A stretch of DNA of 64,000 nt from Candidatus Foliamicus sp. (GTDB lineage: Bacteria; Pseudomonadota; Gammaproteobacteria; Steroidobacterales; Foliamicaceae): positions 2,009,184-2,073,183 of the forward strand of contig OZ250178.1 of assembly GCA_965238055.1 (NCBI GenBank). The letters run 5' to 3'. Within the stretch, counting starts at the first letter, position 1. Every line of letters begins with the position of its first letter. Shown here piece after piece: positions 50,577 through 60,369 of this stretch. Under the pieces are notes generated by a model. It made no database searches. It was not told the DNA's origin and saw only the letters and a list, made by a program, of their open reading frames with translations. The position numbers and the translations under genes were made by a program.

Positions 50577-51785
50577 TCAGATTTGGCCGAGGGCGACGCT
50601 GTCGCGCCAGGCTTCGATCATGCTTGTCTTGAGCAGGAATGCGCGGGCCAATTCGGGGTCCTCGGCCGTACGCATGAACTCCGCCTGACGCTTGCGTTGC
50701 GCCTCCGGGTCCAGCGATTCCATGCGCTTCTTGTTTTCTATCGTTTGCTTTTGAATGAATTCGCTCGCAATCGTGCGCCGCTGGTGATCGTACGTGTCCA
50801 ACAGGTCCTCGCTCCCGCCTTCTCGCAGAATCTCGATCAGTTTCTCTGCCAGCACGATGGAGTCGTGAATTCCCCCGTTCATACCCATGCCGCCAAGCGG
50901 GTTGTTGATGTGGGCTGCATCTCCGGCAATCAGGATGTTGCCGATCCGGTAGGTTTCGGCAACACGCTGGTGGACGCGGTACAGTGTGCGATGGACAACC
51001 TCGTAGGGATCGTCCCGCGGTACTACGGCGTTCAATCGCTCCTGGGCGTACTCGGGCGCCAGGAATTTCCCGTCCGGCTCGCCGGGAATCGTTGGCAAGA
51101 GCACCCGCCAGAGGTCTGCCGTGCGCAGCAATACGCACCACTCGTGGGGATCGGCCACATAGTTGACGTTGCTCAAACCCTCCATGTGTGCAGCGAAATC
51201 GAAGGGGGTGCTTAGTACCAGGAATTTTTCCGGGTAGGTGAATCCCTCGTAGCGCACCGTAATGCTCTTGCGAACGCAACTGTTGGCGCCGTCCGCGCCA
51301 ATCAGGTAACGCCCCGTGTAGAGTTCCTCCTCTTTTCCGGTGAAGCAGAGCATTCGCGCGCCATCGTCGTCCTGCCGCGCGCCGATCACCTCACGGCCAA
51401 ACAGCACTTGGGCATTGGGCATGTCTTTAAGCATTTCGCACACCACCTGGGTGAGCTTGTATTGCTCGCACTGCAACCGGTACGGGTGGCCGGTCTCAGC
51501 CGCCAGAAGCCCCAGATCGAATACAGCGGCCTCCCCGGTGGAGCGGTCGCGATACTGGTAGTCGCGCGTAACCAATCCCAGCGGGATCAGCCGCCGGGTG
51601 AGGTCCAGGTCTTCCAGCAGGTCCAGCGTAGGCGGATGAAAGGTCGAGGCCCGCAGTTCCAGCGGCAGCGTTTCGCAGCCTTCGACCATGATCACGGATA
51701 TGCCGGCGCGCGCCAGCGCCAGGGCCGCGGTGCAGCCCACGGGGCCGGCGCCGGCTATCAGTACTTCGGCGTGTTGTTCGGGCAT
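50577..51785 (-). CDS. FAD-dependent monooxygenase (UbiH/PheA-TfdB-like)
   Basis: Motifs VLIAGAGPVGCTAALALARAG, GADGANSCVRK and GDAAHINNPLGGMGMNGGIHD. Confidence 0.85.
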   Translation of the reverse strand: MPEQHAEVLIAGAGPVGCTAALALARAGISVIMVEGCETLPLELRASTFHPPTLDLLEDLDLTRRLIPLGLVTRDYQYRDRSTGEAAVFDLGLLAAETGHPYRLQCEQYKLTQVVCEMLKDMPNAQVLFGREVIGARQDDDGARMLCFTGKEEELYTGRYLIGADGANSCVRKSITVRYEGFTYPEKFLVLSTPFDFAAHMEGLSNVNYVADPHEWCVLLRTADLWRVLLPTIPGEPDGKFLAPEYAQERLNAVVPRDDPYEVVHRTLYRVHQRVAETYRIGNILIAGDAAHINNPLGGMGMNGGIHDSIVLAEKLIEILREGGSEDLLDTYDHQRRTIASEFIQKQTIENKKRMESLDPEAQRKRQAEFMRTAEDPELARAFLLKTSMIEAWRDSVALGQI

Positions 51786-51831
51786 GGCGCCGGTATCTTA
51801 CTCGCTTGGTGGTGTTAGTTGAGGGCGGCGG

Positions 51832-52020
51832 CCTGGGAGAGAAGGCGTCTCGCCTTCGCAGAGGGCGGAACGCCCTCTTTCCCGGCGGCGGCGGCCTGGG
51901 AGCGAAGGCGTCTCGCCTTCGCAGTGGGCGGGACGCCCTCTTTCCCGGCGGCGGCACCCTGGGAGCGAAGGCGTCTCGCCTTCGCAGTGGACGGGACACC
52001 CTCTTTCCCGGCGGGGACGC
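51832..52020. repeat. 3 x 63-bp tandem array of a two-hairpin (BIME-like) REP composite
   Basis: cctggg recurs at 51832, 51895 and 51958. Each unit holds GAAGGCG-tct-CGCCTTC and G(A/T)GGGCG-g(a/g)a-CGCCCTC. Confidence 0.85.
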
Positions 52021-52110
52021 CCCCCTTTGTGGTGGAGACTTCCTCGGTCCTGGGAGTCCCGTAGGTGCTTGCAGGCATAATGCCCCCTGTTTCTCGCCGG
52101 GTCCCGGTCT

Positions 52111-53358
52111 ATGCTCATTATTTTTGCACTTGTGCTGCTGGGCGCGATGGGTTTCAGCATTGTGCTGCCGTCTATCATGTTCGTGGCCGAGGAATTTGGC
52201 GGCGGCGAGGCCATGGCCGGATGGATCGTCGCCAGCTACGCGATCGGCCAGCTCATAGCGACGCCGATCTGGGGACGATTGAGCGACCGCTATGGCCGCA
52301 AGTTGGTCCTGGCGATCTGCTCAGCCAGCACAATGATCGCTTTCCTGGGCCTGGCGTTCGCCTACGACGCATTTACGCTGTTCGTGTCGCGCTTCATCGG
52401 CGGTCTCGCGGGTGGTTTGTTTTCCGTCAGCCAGGCGTGGGTGGCGGACACAACCACTCCCAAGAATCGCGCCAAGGGCATGGGAATCATGGGCGCGGGG
52501 ATCAGCCTGGGATTCATTCTCGGTCCGTTTGTTGGCGGAATGCTCGGGGGCGAAACCGCCGATACGGCCAGCCTTATGCAGCCCGGCCTCCTGGGTGCGG
52601 TGCTGGCGGGCTTGCTCCTGGTCATGATCCTGATTTTCATGCGAGAGAGCCTGCCGCCGGAGAAGCGCATGGCCTCGCAACCTTTCGGCGACGAATTGCA
52701 GCAATGGGGTGCGGTAAGTGCCCGGCCGGTTGTGAAACGCCTGCTGATTCTGGGGCTTTTGTGGATGACCGCGGCCGGAATGTTTGAGGTGATGATGCCG
52801 CTATGGGTCGGTGACACACTGGATTGGGGACCACGACACGTGGGCGCCCAATTCCTCTTCCTCGGTCTGCTTGTCGCAATCGTGCAGGGATTGATTGCCG
52901 GCAGACTGTCGATTCGATTCGGGGAAGTTCCTGTGATCGCGGCGGGAATCGTGCTTTATGCCGTGGGCCTGATCATGATCGCCTATCTCGGCGCCGATCC
53001 GGGCCCCGAGATTCTAAAAGTTGGTACCGGCGTGCTGGCTGACTTTACCGGCCAGCCCTGGCTGGTGTTGGGGCTAGGCCTGCTTGCCAGCGGCAGCGCC
53101 TTGCTGGTGCCCAACATCAGCAGCCTGGTTTCCAAGTACGCGTCGGCGACCGAACGAGGCACCGTGTTGGGCCTGTTCCAATCGTCGAATTGGCTGGGCC
53201 GGTCCATATCGCCGCCCATAGGCGGAATGTTGTTTCAGTCACAGGGCGCCAACGCGCCGTTGTTCGGTTCAGTACTCATTCTGATCCCATGCCTGATGGG
53301 GTTACTGCTATGGTTTGGCGGCTCGCGAGCGCAGCCGCATAAGGAGGTCGAAACATGA
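52111..53358 (+). CDS. MFS transporter (drug/H+ antiporter-like)
   Basis: 12 TM segments. Motif GRLSDRYGRKLVL. Confidence 0.85.
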   Translation: MLIIFALVLLGAMGFSIVLPSIMFVAEEFGGGEAMAGWIVASYAIGQLIATPIWGRLSDRYGRKLVLAICSASTMIAFLGLAFAYDAFTLFVSRFIGGLAGGLFSVSQAWVADTTTPKNRAKGMGIMGAGISLGFILGPFVGGMLGGETADTASLMQPGLLGAVLAGLLLVMILIFMRESLPPEKRMASQPFGDELQQWGAVSARPVVKRLLILGLLWMTAAGMFEVMMPLWVGDTLDWGPRHVGAQFLFLGLLVAIVQGLIAGRLSIRFGEVPVIAAGIVLYAVGLIMIAYLGADPGPEILKVGTGVLADFTGQPWLVLGLGLLASGSALLVPNISSLVSKYASATERGTVLGLFQSSNWLGRSISPPIGGMLFQSQGANAPLFGSVLILIPCLMGLLLWFGGSRAQPHKEVET

Positions 53359-55061
53359 GTGACGGCAACGTAACGATCACCCGGCACTTCGTCAGCATCC
53401 GCGGCAAGTACGGAAACCGCCAGGTGCACTATCGCCGCGCGGGCGACGGCCCTTCGCTGGTGCTGCTGCACCAATCCCCTCAATCGTCGCTGGAGTATGT
53501 GCCGCTGATGAAGGAGTGGGGCAAGCACTTCACCGTGATCGCGCCGGATACGCCGGGGTACGGCGGATCGGATCCCGCCGAGGGAGACGACCTGACGATG
53601 GCGGATTTCGCCGACTGCGTGGCGGAGTTCATTCGCGCGCTGGGCATTGGCAAGACCGGCCTCTACGGCTTTCATACCGGCGCGGCGATGTCGGTGGAGA
53701 CGGCGGCACGGCATCCAGGCCTGGTGACCGCGGTGGCCGTTAACGGTTACGGCGCTTTCAACGATGCGGAACAGGCCGAACTTCTGGCCAACTATTTGCC
53801 GGCCTTCGTTCCCATCTGGGATGGCTCTCACCTTACCTGGTTGTGGAGCCGCTTACGCCAGCAGCTGATGTTCTTTCCCTGGTATGACCTGCGGGCCGTG
53901 TCGCGCATGTCCTACGACCTGCCCTCGCCCGAGCACTTTCAAGGCGAGGTGCTGGAGTTCCTGCGCGCCGGCGACAACTATCGCAAAGCCTATGGCTGCG
54001 CGTTTTCACACGACGGGGCCGAGGCTGTGTCACAGCTTGAGGCGCCGGCACTGATTACCGCCTGGGAAGGCGATGTCCTCGCGCCTCATCTGGAGCGTAT
54101 GCCTCCGCCGCCGGATGGCGTCGCGGTTTATTCAAGCCCGACCCGCGAGTCTGCGCTGGATAATTGCTTCAACCTGCTCACCGCCAATCTGGCGCCGGTT
54201 CCGCCGGCCTCACCGCCGGCCCAGGCAATTCAGGGCCGCTTGTGGAGCGAAATGGTCTCGATTCCCGGCGGACAGGTTCGCGTGTATCGCAATACCGACG
54301 CCGACGGCGCCACGGTAGTGGTGCAGCACGACGCCGCAGGGTCCGGGCGCACCGTGCAGGGACTTGCCGAGTCAATGATCGGTTCGCACCCGGTACTCGC
54401 TGTCGAACTGCCCGGGCATGGCGATTCGGACAACACCATCGGCGAGGGTGACGTGAGCGTAGCGGACTATCGCGAGGCCCTGGCCGGAGTGCTGGACGTG
54501 CTGGGTCTCGAACAGGTGAATGGCTACGGTGTCTGGGGCGGTGGTTCGGTGCTTCTGGACATGGCCATCGCAAACCCGGGCCGGGTAAGGCGGCTGGTCA
54601 TAACGGGTCTGATTGATCACACCCCGGAGGAACAGGAAGATCTGTTGGCGAATTACACACCGGAAATCACCCCCGAGTGGCACGGTGGGCACCTGCTGGA
54701 GGCGTGGCACATGATGCGTGACCAGGGAATCTACTTCCCCTGGTATTCGCGCAAGGCCTCCACAATGCTGAAAGGCGAGCCTTACCTGGATCCGGACATG
54801 GTGCATCGCCGCGTGGTTGAAGTGCTCCGAGCTCCCGTCATGTGGCGCAAGGCATACCACGCACACTTCAAGTATCGTGCCGGACAGCGCCTGGCGGATG
54901 CAGGCATCCCGGTACTGCTGGCCACAGCGGAATGGGATGTGGCGCGCCCGTTGAGCGAGCGCCTTGGAGGCGAGTACTCACACGTTGATGCAATGCTATT
55001 GCCCGATAACCCGGCCCACTGGGGGTCGGCGATCACGCCATTTCTTACAGGAGACGCGTAA
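53355..55061 (+). CDS. Tandem double alpha/beta-hydrolase-fold protein
   Basis: 568 aa. Two HQSP/HD-type oxyanion regions (LVLLHQSPQSS and VVVQHDAAGSG). Two nucleophile-elbow-like turns (YGFHTGA and YGVWGGG). ATGA overlap with the MFS gene. Confidence 0.7.
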   Translation: MSDGNVTITRHFVSIRGKYGNRQVHYRRAGDGPSLVLLHQSPQSSLEYVPLMKEWGKHFTVIAPDTPGYGGSDPAEGDDLTMADFADCVAEFIRALGIGKTGLYGFHTGAAMSVETAARHPGLVTAVAVNGYGAFNDAEQAELLANYLPAFVPIWDGSHLTWLWSRLRQQLMFFPWYDLRAVSRMSYDLPSPEHFQGEVLEFLRAGDNYRKAYGCAFSHDGAEAVSQLEAPALITAWEGDVLAPHLERMPPPPDGVAVYSSPTRESALDNCFNLLTANLAPVPPASPPAQAIQGRLWSEMVSIPGGQVRVYRNTDADGATVVVQHDAAGSGRTVQGLAESMIGSHPVLAVELPGHGDSDNTIGEGDVSVADYREALAGVLDVLGLEQVNGYGVWGGGSVLLDMAIANPGRVRRLVITGLIDHTPEEQEDLLANYTPEITPEWHGGHLLEAWHMMRDQGIYFPWYSRKASTMLKGEPYLDPDMVHRRVVEVLRAPVMWRKAYHAHFKYRAGQRLADAGIPVLLATAEWDVARPLSERLGGEYSHVDAMLLPDNPAHWGSAITPFLTGDA

Positions 55062-55990
55062 TGAACTCTGAATCCACGCTGCAGCCCTTCAGCCCCGGCG
55101 ACGTGTTCGTCGGCGCCACGCTGCTCAATGATCCCGACGACGACCATGCCGGTCGCGGGCGAATCATCCAGTACGACGCCGGTCTGAACGAGAAGGGCGT
55201 GCTTTGGATCGATGACAGTACCCACCTGGTGGGCGGGCTGAAAGTCGATCCCGATGGCGTGCTCTGGGCGTTCGACAGCAACGCCCACCTGGTGATCCGC
55301 GTAGGTTCCGACGGTCAGCGGCTCGCGCACAAGGACTTTGCAAAGCGTTCATTCTCGAACGTGAATTTCGGACCGGGAGGGCAGATCTACTTGGCTGAGC
55401 ACATGGTGGGATCCGAGATTCGCGTGCCGCTGCAGACGACTCTCATCCGAATGCCGGGCAGTGAACGGCTCGGCGACGGCCACGTATTCGAGTACACCTC
55501 CGACGGCGAGTTGGTCGCCGAGCATGCCACCGATACGCACGGCGGCATGGGCGGCTTCCTTGGCGTAACGCATTCAACGCTGACCCCCGACGGCAAGACC
55601 CTTGTCTACGCGTCGGAGACCGGTAAGCGCATCATGCGATTCGACCTTGAGGCTTCGCGGCAGGGAGAGGACGTACTGAATTTGCCCGAGGAAGACCGCC
55701 GCGCCATGTGTTTCGCGGTCGGATACAGCAGCGACGGCGCCTTGCTGCATATGTGTGGAAACGCAATCGACGTATTAAGCGAGCAGGGCGAGCAGCTAAG
55801 GCAAGTACCACTCCCCGGATTCGGTTGGGCGACGATGTGTTTGTCAACCGACGGGCAGACGGTTCTGGCGGGTAATTTCTTTACCGGCGAATGCGCGCGT
55901 GCGAACCTCGAAACCGGCGCGATTACCGCCACCGCCAACGTGGGAGTCGAGCGCTCCCTGGCGGGGGTTGCCGAATACCCGGGCGCCTGA
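55061..55990 (+). CDS. Beta-propeller protein (SMP-30/gluconolactonase/NHL-like)
   Basis: 309 aa with repeated short beta-strand blades (e.g. DGVLWAFDS, GQIYLAEH, GKTLVYASE). The start overlaps the upstream stop (TAATG). Confidence 0.5.
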   Translation: MNSESTLQPFSPGDVFVGATLLNDPDDDHAGRGRIIQYDAGLNEKGVLWIDDSTHLVGGLKVDPDGVLWAFDSNAHLVIRVGSDGQRLAHKDFAKRSFSNVNFGPGGQIYLAEHMVGSEIRVPLQTTLIRMPGSERLGDGHVFEYTSDGELVAEHATDTHGGMGGFLGVTHSTLTPDGKTLVYASETGKRIMRFDLEASRQGEDVLNLPEEDRRAMCFAVGYSSDGALLHMCGNAIDVLSEQGEQLRQVPLPGFGWATMCLSTDGQTVLAGNFFTGECARANLETGAITATANVGVERSLAGVAEYPGA

Positions 55991-56158
55991 GGATTGTTGC
56001 CTGGCGGGTAGAGAGAAACGCCGATGCTCGATCGCAATGTCGTAATTGCCGGCGGAAGCGAAATCTTTCTTCAATGGACGACTTGACGTATTCATCAATT
56101 GCGTCGGCATAAACATGCGCAACTCCTTGCTCGACCTGGCGGTGGAAGATTGGGACCG

Positions 56159-56222
56159 AGGATTTGCTGGGACCGAGTGCTTGCTGGGACCGAGGGCGTC
56201 CCCGCCCTCGAACACGACCTTT
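56159..56222. repeat. REP-like copy with two partial 5' repeats
   Basis: tgggaccgagg...gctgggaccgagtgcttgctgggaccgagggcgtccccgccctcgaac. Confidence 0.7.
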
Positions 56223-56234
56223 CGTTGTACCCCC

Positions 56235-57377
56235 TCAGAAAAACAGCGAGAACTGCAAAGTAACCGTAGTGAACTCCTCGCCGCTGCCGCCGTCAGCCAT
56301 CGAATAGTCCTTGTCGCGCGCCCATTCGATAGCAAGCAGGATCGGGTCAGTCAGCTGTAGATCGAACACAGCAAGCCAGCGTTGTTCCGGCAGCTCCAAC
56401 GCCAGCGACTCCCCAGTCCCCTGGTAGCCCAATGCAACTGTCGCATCCTTGCCCGACAGCGGGAATTCGTACGCCGCCTCGATCATCCAGCTTGAGGGCC
56501 GGGCGCCGCGGCCGCCGAATTCGACTTTCCCGGGTGCAAAGCGCTCAAGAGAACCGATGTATGCCAGGGTCAGCGCGCCGCCGCCATGGCTCAATCTGGC
56601 ATGGGCAGCCAATCCTGATGTCCGTTCCTCTTCAACCTGCGCAGCGGGAAACAGACCCAGCAGGTTGTCCGAGTAGCCGATGTCGCTGGTATAGGCGAGG
56701 TTGAGATCGAGCGCTGTTGAACTCCCCTCGTTTGCATAAGCCATGGCAGCCCCGTACCCGGCCAGGCCTCCCGCATGGTCGTCGTCTCCATTGAATCCAA
56801 AGACACTTCCGCTGAAGCCGTATGAAGCGTAGCCGACGTGCCAACCGAATTCGTTGGTTTCTCCGAGTTCCAGGGTAAGCGGATCGGTGATCATCACGGT
56901 ATCGAACACGCCGAAAGGCAGGAAATTTCGTCCCGCTGCGAAGAACCACGGGCCATCATTCGGCTGAAACGAAAGCATGCCAACATCAAGGATGGTGGCT
57001 TTCGCGCCTGCTACATCTTCCGGCGCTCCAATGTCGGTTTTCTCGTGCAAGAGGCCCAATTCGGCCGAAAGCCCCGAGTCAAATGCAGCCGTTACCCCAA
57101 GTATCGCCTCCGCGACACCTACCCCTTCGGAACTTTCGCCCGTCTCCGGGCGCATGAAGACAGCTTCGACGTCTATCTGGCCGGTTGCCTGCAGCCATTG
57201 ATGTGCCGACTCCTTTTCCTCAGCCTGCGAGGCAACGGGTATCGTGTCGGCAGCCTGTGCCAGTGAGAACAAAGGCAAGAGCCCCAAGCCAAGGCCGGCC
57301 AGATTCAACTTTGGCAACGTCCGCCCCCCTCTTAAACCCCAGTTTGCTCTCTGGCTGACAGGAATCTGCAAGGCCAT
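56235..57377 (-). CDS. Predicted outer-membrane beta-barrel (porin-like) protein
   Basis: Signal-like GLGLGLLPLFSLAQA. Alternating amphipathic strands. C-terminus LQFSLFF. Confidence 0.55.
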   Translation of the reverse strand: MALQIPVSQRANWGLRGGRTLPKLNLAGLGLGLLPLFSLAQAADTIPVASQAEEKESAHQWLQATGQIDVEAVFMRPETGESSEGVGVAEAILGVTAAFDSGLSAELGLLHEKTDIGAPEDVAGAKATILDVGMLSFQPNDGPWFFAAGRNFLPFGVFDTVMITDPLTLELGETNEFGWHVGYASYGFSGSVFGFNGDDDHAGGLAGYGAAMAYANEGSSTALDLNLAYTSDIGYSDNLLGLFPAAQVEEERTSGLAAHARLSHGGGALTLAYIGSLERFAPGKVEFGGRGARPSSWMIEAAYEFPLSGKDATVALGYQGTGESLALELPEQRWLAVFDLQLTDPILLAIEWARDKDYSMADGGSGEEFTTVTLQFSLFF

Positions 57378-57524
57378 TGCAACGCTTCTGCTGGATTTGG
57401 GCGCCAGGCGGTGACATTGCCAAAGGCGAACGGTACGATAGCACGCTGATCACGGCCATGGCCGTCGCTTCCTGATCGTAGGGCGCACCGGAGAAAAGGC
57501 CTGGATATCGAAAAGGAGTATTCC

Positions 57525-58301
57525 TTGAGTAACGGATTCCGCTTCATGGGCAGCATTGTGCCGGTTCTTTTTCTTCTGGCTGGGGCTGTTGGTCCGTTCA
57601 GCACTGCGGCGGCCGAAGGGAACCCGCGGGAGGAGCCGGCGAAGCACCTTGGTGTGTTCGTCGGCGCCGGATGGCCGGACAGCAGAATTGTGGACGTCGA
57701 AGGTTTTGCCAACTGGGGGAATCCGGGCTGGGCGGTGGAGTACGGAACAAGAGGATTCCTGGTGGGAGCCCTGGCAGGAAAGAGGATCAGAATCGCCGAA
57801 CTTCCTTTGCGCTTCGAGCTTGACGGTACCTACGGAGACATGCGCGGCAGGACCAATCAGCTCGATCCGGCTGGTCTTGATGAGACGGCCGAGTCAAAGT
57901 TCCTCTGGATTGTTACCGCGAGAGCAGGCGTCGAAGGCGGCCTTGGAGGCGCAACATTCTTCCTGAGCGCAGGCCCGGCCGTTGCGCGAATCGACAATCA
58001 GGCAATCGATGTCGATTTCGGCCCAGGCAGACCTACACAGCCCGATCCCGATGATTCCTTTCGTGACCGTTCGATGGAGTTGGGATGGACCCTTACAGCC
58101 GGAGTCGAGCTGCCGTTCCCGGACCAATGGAAGCTCCGCCTTGAAGGAATGCACCTTGACTTCGGCAGTGAATCACATCGAGTCAACCACTCCGGCGACG
58201 GCCGGTGCGGCCCGGGAGGCGAGCGCCGCCCTTGCCTCTACTCAGTTGAGAACCGGCTGCGTATCGTGCGCCTTGCCATCACGCGCTCCTTCGGACAATG
58301 A
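57525..58301 (+). CDS. Outer-membrane beta-barrel protein (OmpW/OmpX-size)
   Basis: Signal peptide VPVLFLLAGAVGPFSTAAA. Glycine/aromatic-rich alternating strands. Confidence 0.5.
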   Translation: MSNGFRFMGSIVPVLFLLAGAVGPFSTAAAEGNPREEPAKHLGVFVGAGWPDSRIVDVEGFANWGNPGWAVEYGTRGFLVGALAGKRIRIAELPLRFELDGTYGDMRGRTNQLDPAGLDETAESKFLWIVTARAGVEGGLGGATFFLSAGPAVARIDNQAIDVDFGPGRPTQPDPDDSFRDRSMELGWTLTAGVELPFPDQWKLRLEGMHLDFGSESHRVNHSGDGRCGPGGERRPCLYSVENRLRIVRLAITRSFGQ

Positions 58302-58423
58302 CACTCCCTCTTCGAGTTCCCGGAAACCGGGAACTGCTGGCTTTCAGGGGCGGGAACTAGCTACTCAGGGCGGCGAGAACGATCAGATACTTCTTCACTT
58401 GGCTACTTCTTCACAATGCAGTG

Positions 58424-58804
58424 TCAAGTATTGGTAACGGCCTCCTTGTTGCGGCAGCCCTTACGTGTCTGTAGTTGCAAGATGGCCTGTTGTCTTGCGT
58501 GATTGCTCATTCGTTGTTTCTGATCAGGGGACGGAGGCGCTCCCACTCGGACATCGTGTGCATTTGACCAGAATACCTTGTTCGCTACTACTACCTTGTA
58601 TGACTTGGAAAGGGCGCTTTGAGCATCGCGATACCAGTGCTTTTCCAGGCCCGTGGGGCTTGTCATGCCTTGGGAAATACTCATTTGCGACTCCAAAGCA
58701 CTGCAATCGTAGCCGGCATATTCCGCGAGATAATCCGCCCTGAATTGCGCATGTGCGCAGCCTGTTACGGCCAAGGCGGTGAGCACAAGTAAGCACTTCT
58801 TCAT
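58424..58804 (-). CDS. Small lipoprotein
   Basis: I place the start at ATG 58802-58804 (SD GGAGAA). Lipobox LTALAVTGC. Confidence 0.6.
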   Translation of the reverse strand: MKKCLLVLTALAVTGCAHAQFRADYLAEYAGYDCSALESQMSISQGMTSPTGLEKHWYRDAQSALSKSYKVVVANKVFWSNAHDVRVGAPPSPDQKQRMSNHARQQAILQLQTRKGCRNKEAVTNT

Positions 58805-58955
58805 TTTAACGTTCTCCGGGGCTAGAGCATTTTCCCATACTAGCATTAAGGAGTTTCGAGATCGCGTTTGGGTTCGTCGCCGTCGGGGGATTCGCGTTAA
58901 CGGCGGGTAGGGATAAAATTTCGCCGCCGAATCAATTGTTGCCGGGAGAAGGGCC

Positions 58956-59669
58956 ATGACGATACGTATGCGCGACGTGGAATATAGCCACGGGGACGAG
59001 ATCCTCGAAGCGCGAATGTACTGGGACGACGCGAAAGGTCCGGCGCCGGCGGTGGCCGTTGCGCACGCCTGGAGTGGCCGCGGGGAGCACGAGTGCGAGG
59101 CCGCGGAGAAGCTGGCCGGCGAAGGCTACGTCGGGATTGCGCTGGATGTATACGGCAAGGGTGTGCTGGGCCAGAGCGTCGAGGAGAACATGGGCCTGAT
59201 GCAACCCTTGTTGGAGGACCGGGCGCTGCTTCAGGCGCGGTTGCAAGCGGGCCTGGACTGCGCCGCGGCGCAAGCGGAAGTGGACGGCGAGAACATGGCC
59301 GCGATCGGCTACTGTTTCGGCGGCCTTTGCGTATTGGACATGGCGAGGGCCGCCGCGCCGGTCAAAGGGGTGGTGAGCCTGCACGGATTGTTTAATACGC
59401 CCGGCAATACCGAAGGCAACAGCATCAGTGCGAAGGTCCTGGTCTTGCATGGCTGGGCCGACCCGATGGCGCCGCCCGACACGGTCCTTGGGCTGGCTAC
59501 GGAAATGACGCAGGCGGGTGCGGACTGGCAGATTCACGCCTACGGACATGCGCTGCATGGGTTCACACATGACGCTCCGGCAATAGCGGACGGAATCGGC
59601 TACAGCGAGTCGGCGGACCGCAGGTCATGGCAGTCGGTGTTGAACTTCATGGCGGAGCTGTTTTCTTGA
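58956..59669 (+). CDS. Dienelactone hydrolase family protein
   Basis: 237 aa. Cys nucleophile elbow IGYCFGG. The late HG...D and H motifs of the DLH fold are present. Confidence 0.8.
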   Translation: MTIRMRDVEYSHGDEILEARMYWDDAKGPAPAVAVAHAWSGRGEHECEAAEKLAGEGYVGIALDVYGKGVLGQSVEENMGLMQPLLEDRALLQARLQAGLDCAAAQAEVDGENMAAIGYCFGGLCVLDMARAAAPVKGVVSLHGLFNTPGNTEGNSISAKVLVLHGWADPMAPPDTVLGLATEMTQAGADWQIHAYGHALHGFTHDAPAIADGIGYSESADRRSWQSVLNFMAELFS

Positions 59670-59785
59670 GGGCGGGGACGCCCTCGCTCCCAGGGTTGAG
59701 GGCGGGGACGCCCTCGTTCCCACGGTTGAGGGCGGGGACGTCTTTGCTTCCAGGGTTGAGGGCGGGGACGTCCTCGTTATCGGAG
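59666..59785. repeat. 4 x 30-bp tandem REP array
   Basis: ttgagggcggggacgccctcg[c/t]tccca[g/c]gg repeated from 59666, 59696, 59726 and 59756. The last two copies are degenerate. Confidence 0.85.
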
Positions 59786-59797
59786 TTGAACGAATAG

Positions 59798-60361
59798 ATG
59801 GCTTCTTATTCGACCAACGAGTTCAAGTCGGGTCTCAAGGTGATGCTGGGTGACGAGCCCTGCGCCATCCTGGGGACCGAGTTCGTCAAGCCCGGCAAGG
59901 GCCAGGCTTTTGTCCGCGTCAAGTTGCGCTACCTGCGCAGTGGGCGCGTGATCGAGCGCAACTTCCGGTCCGGAGAATCGATCCCGGCGGCCGATGTCGT
60001 CGACCGCGAAATGGACTACCTCTACAGCTCGGGAGACCAGTGGGTGTTCATGGACACCGAGAACTTCGAGCAATACGAGGCAAACGAGGCCGCCATGGGG
60101 GGCTGCGAACGCTGGCTGGTAGAGCAGGCTTGTTGCCGTGTGACGTTGTTTAACGGGGCGCCGCTTACGGTTGCGCCGCCGAATTTCGTCGAATTGAAGG
60201 TAACTCAGTCCGATCCCGGCATGAAGGGCGATACAGCCACCGGCGGCGTAAAGCCCGCGACGCTGGAAACCGGCGCGGTGGTGCGGGTGCCGCTATTCGT
60301 GGAGGAAGGGGCGGTGATCAAGGTCGATACGCGCACCGGCGAATACATGGGGCGCGCCTAG
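59798..60361 (+). CDS. efp: Elongation factor P
   Basis: 187 aa. Motifs [16 protein letters not shown] and the C-terminal OB domains. Confidence 0.92.
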   Translation: MASYSTNEFKSGLKVMLGDEPCAILGTEFVKPGKGQAFVRVKLRYLRSGRVIERNFRSGESIPAADVVDREMDYLYSSGDQWVFMDTENFEQYEANEAAMGGCERWLVEQACCRVTLFNGAPLTVAPPNFVELKVTQSDPGMKGDTATGGVKPATLETGAVVRVPLFVEEGAVIKVDTRTGEYMGRA

Positions 60362-60369
60362 CGCCTTGG

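Noticed and set aside
51496-52258. Several 80-170-aa ORFs with repeated GETPSLPGRRRRERG / GGTPSFPAAA peptides. Similar ORFs occur at 16299-16592, 25093-25407 and 62170-62460.
   Set aside because: They are translations of tandem REP elements in both strands. Their periodicity equals the DNA repeat period and they have no independent coding signal.
59666-59785. Tandem REP arrays (here and at 51832-52020) considered as possible CRISPR arrays.
   Set aside because: The repeats abut each other with no unique spacers. Units are 30 or 63 bp with decaying identity. The same sequence is dispersed singly across the window. No cas genes are present.
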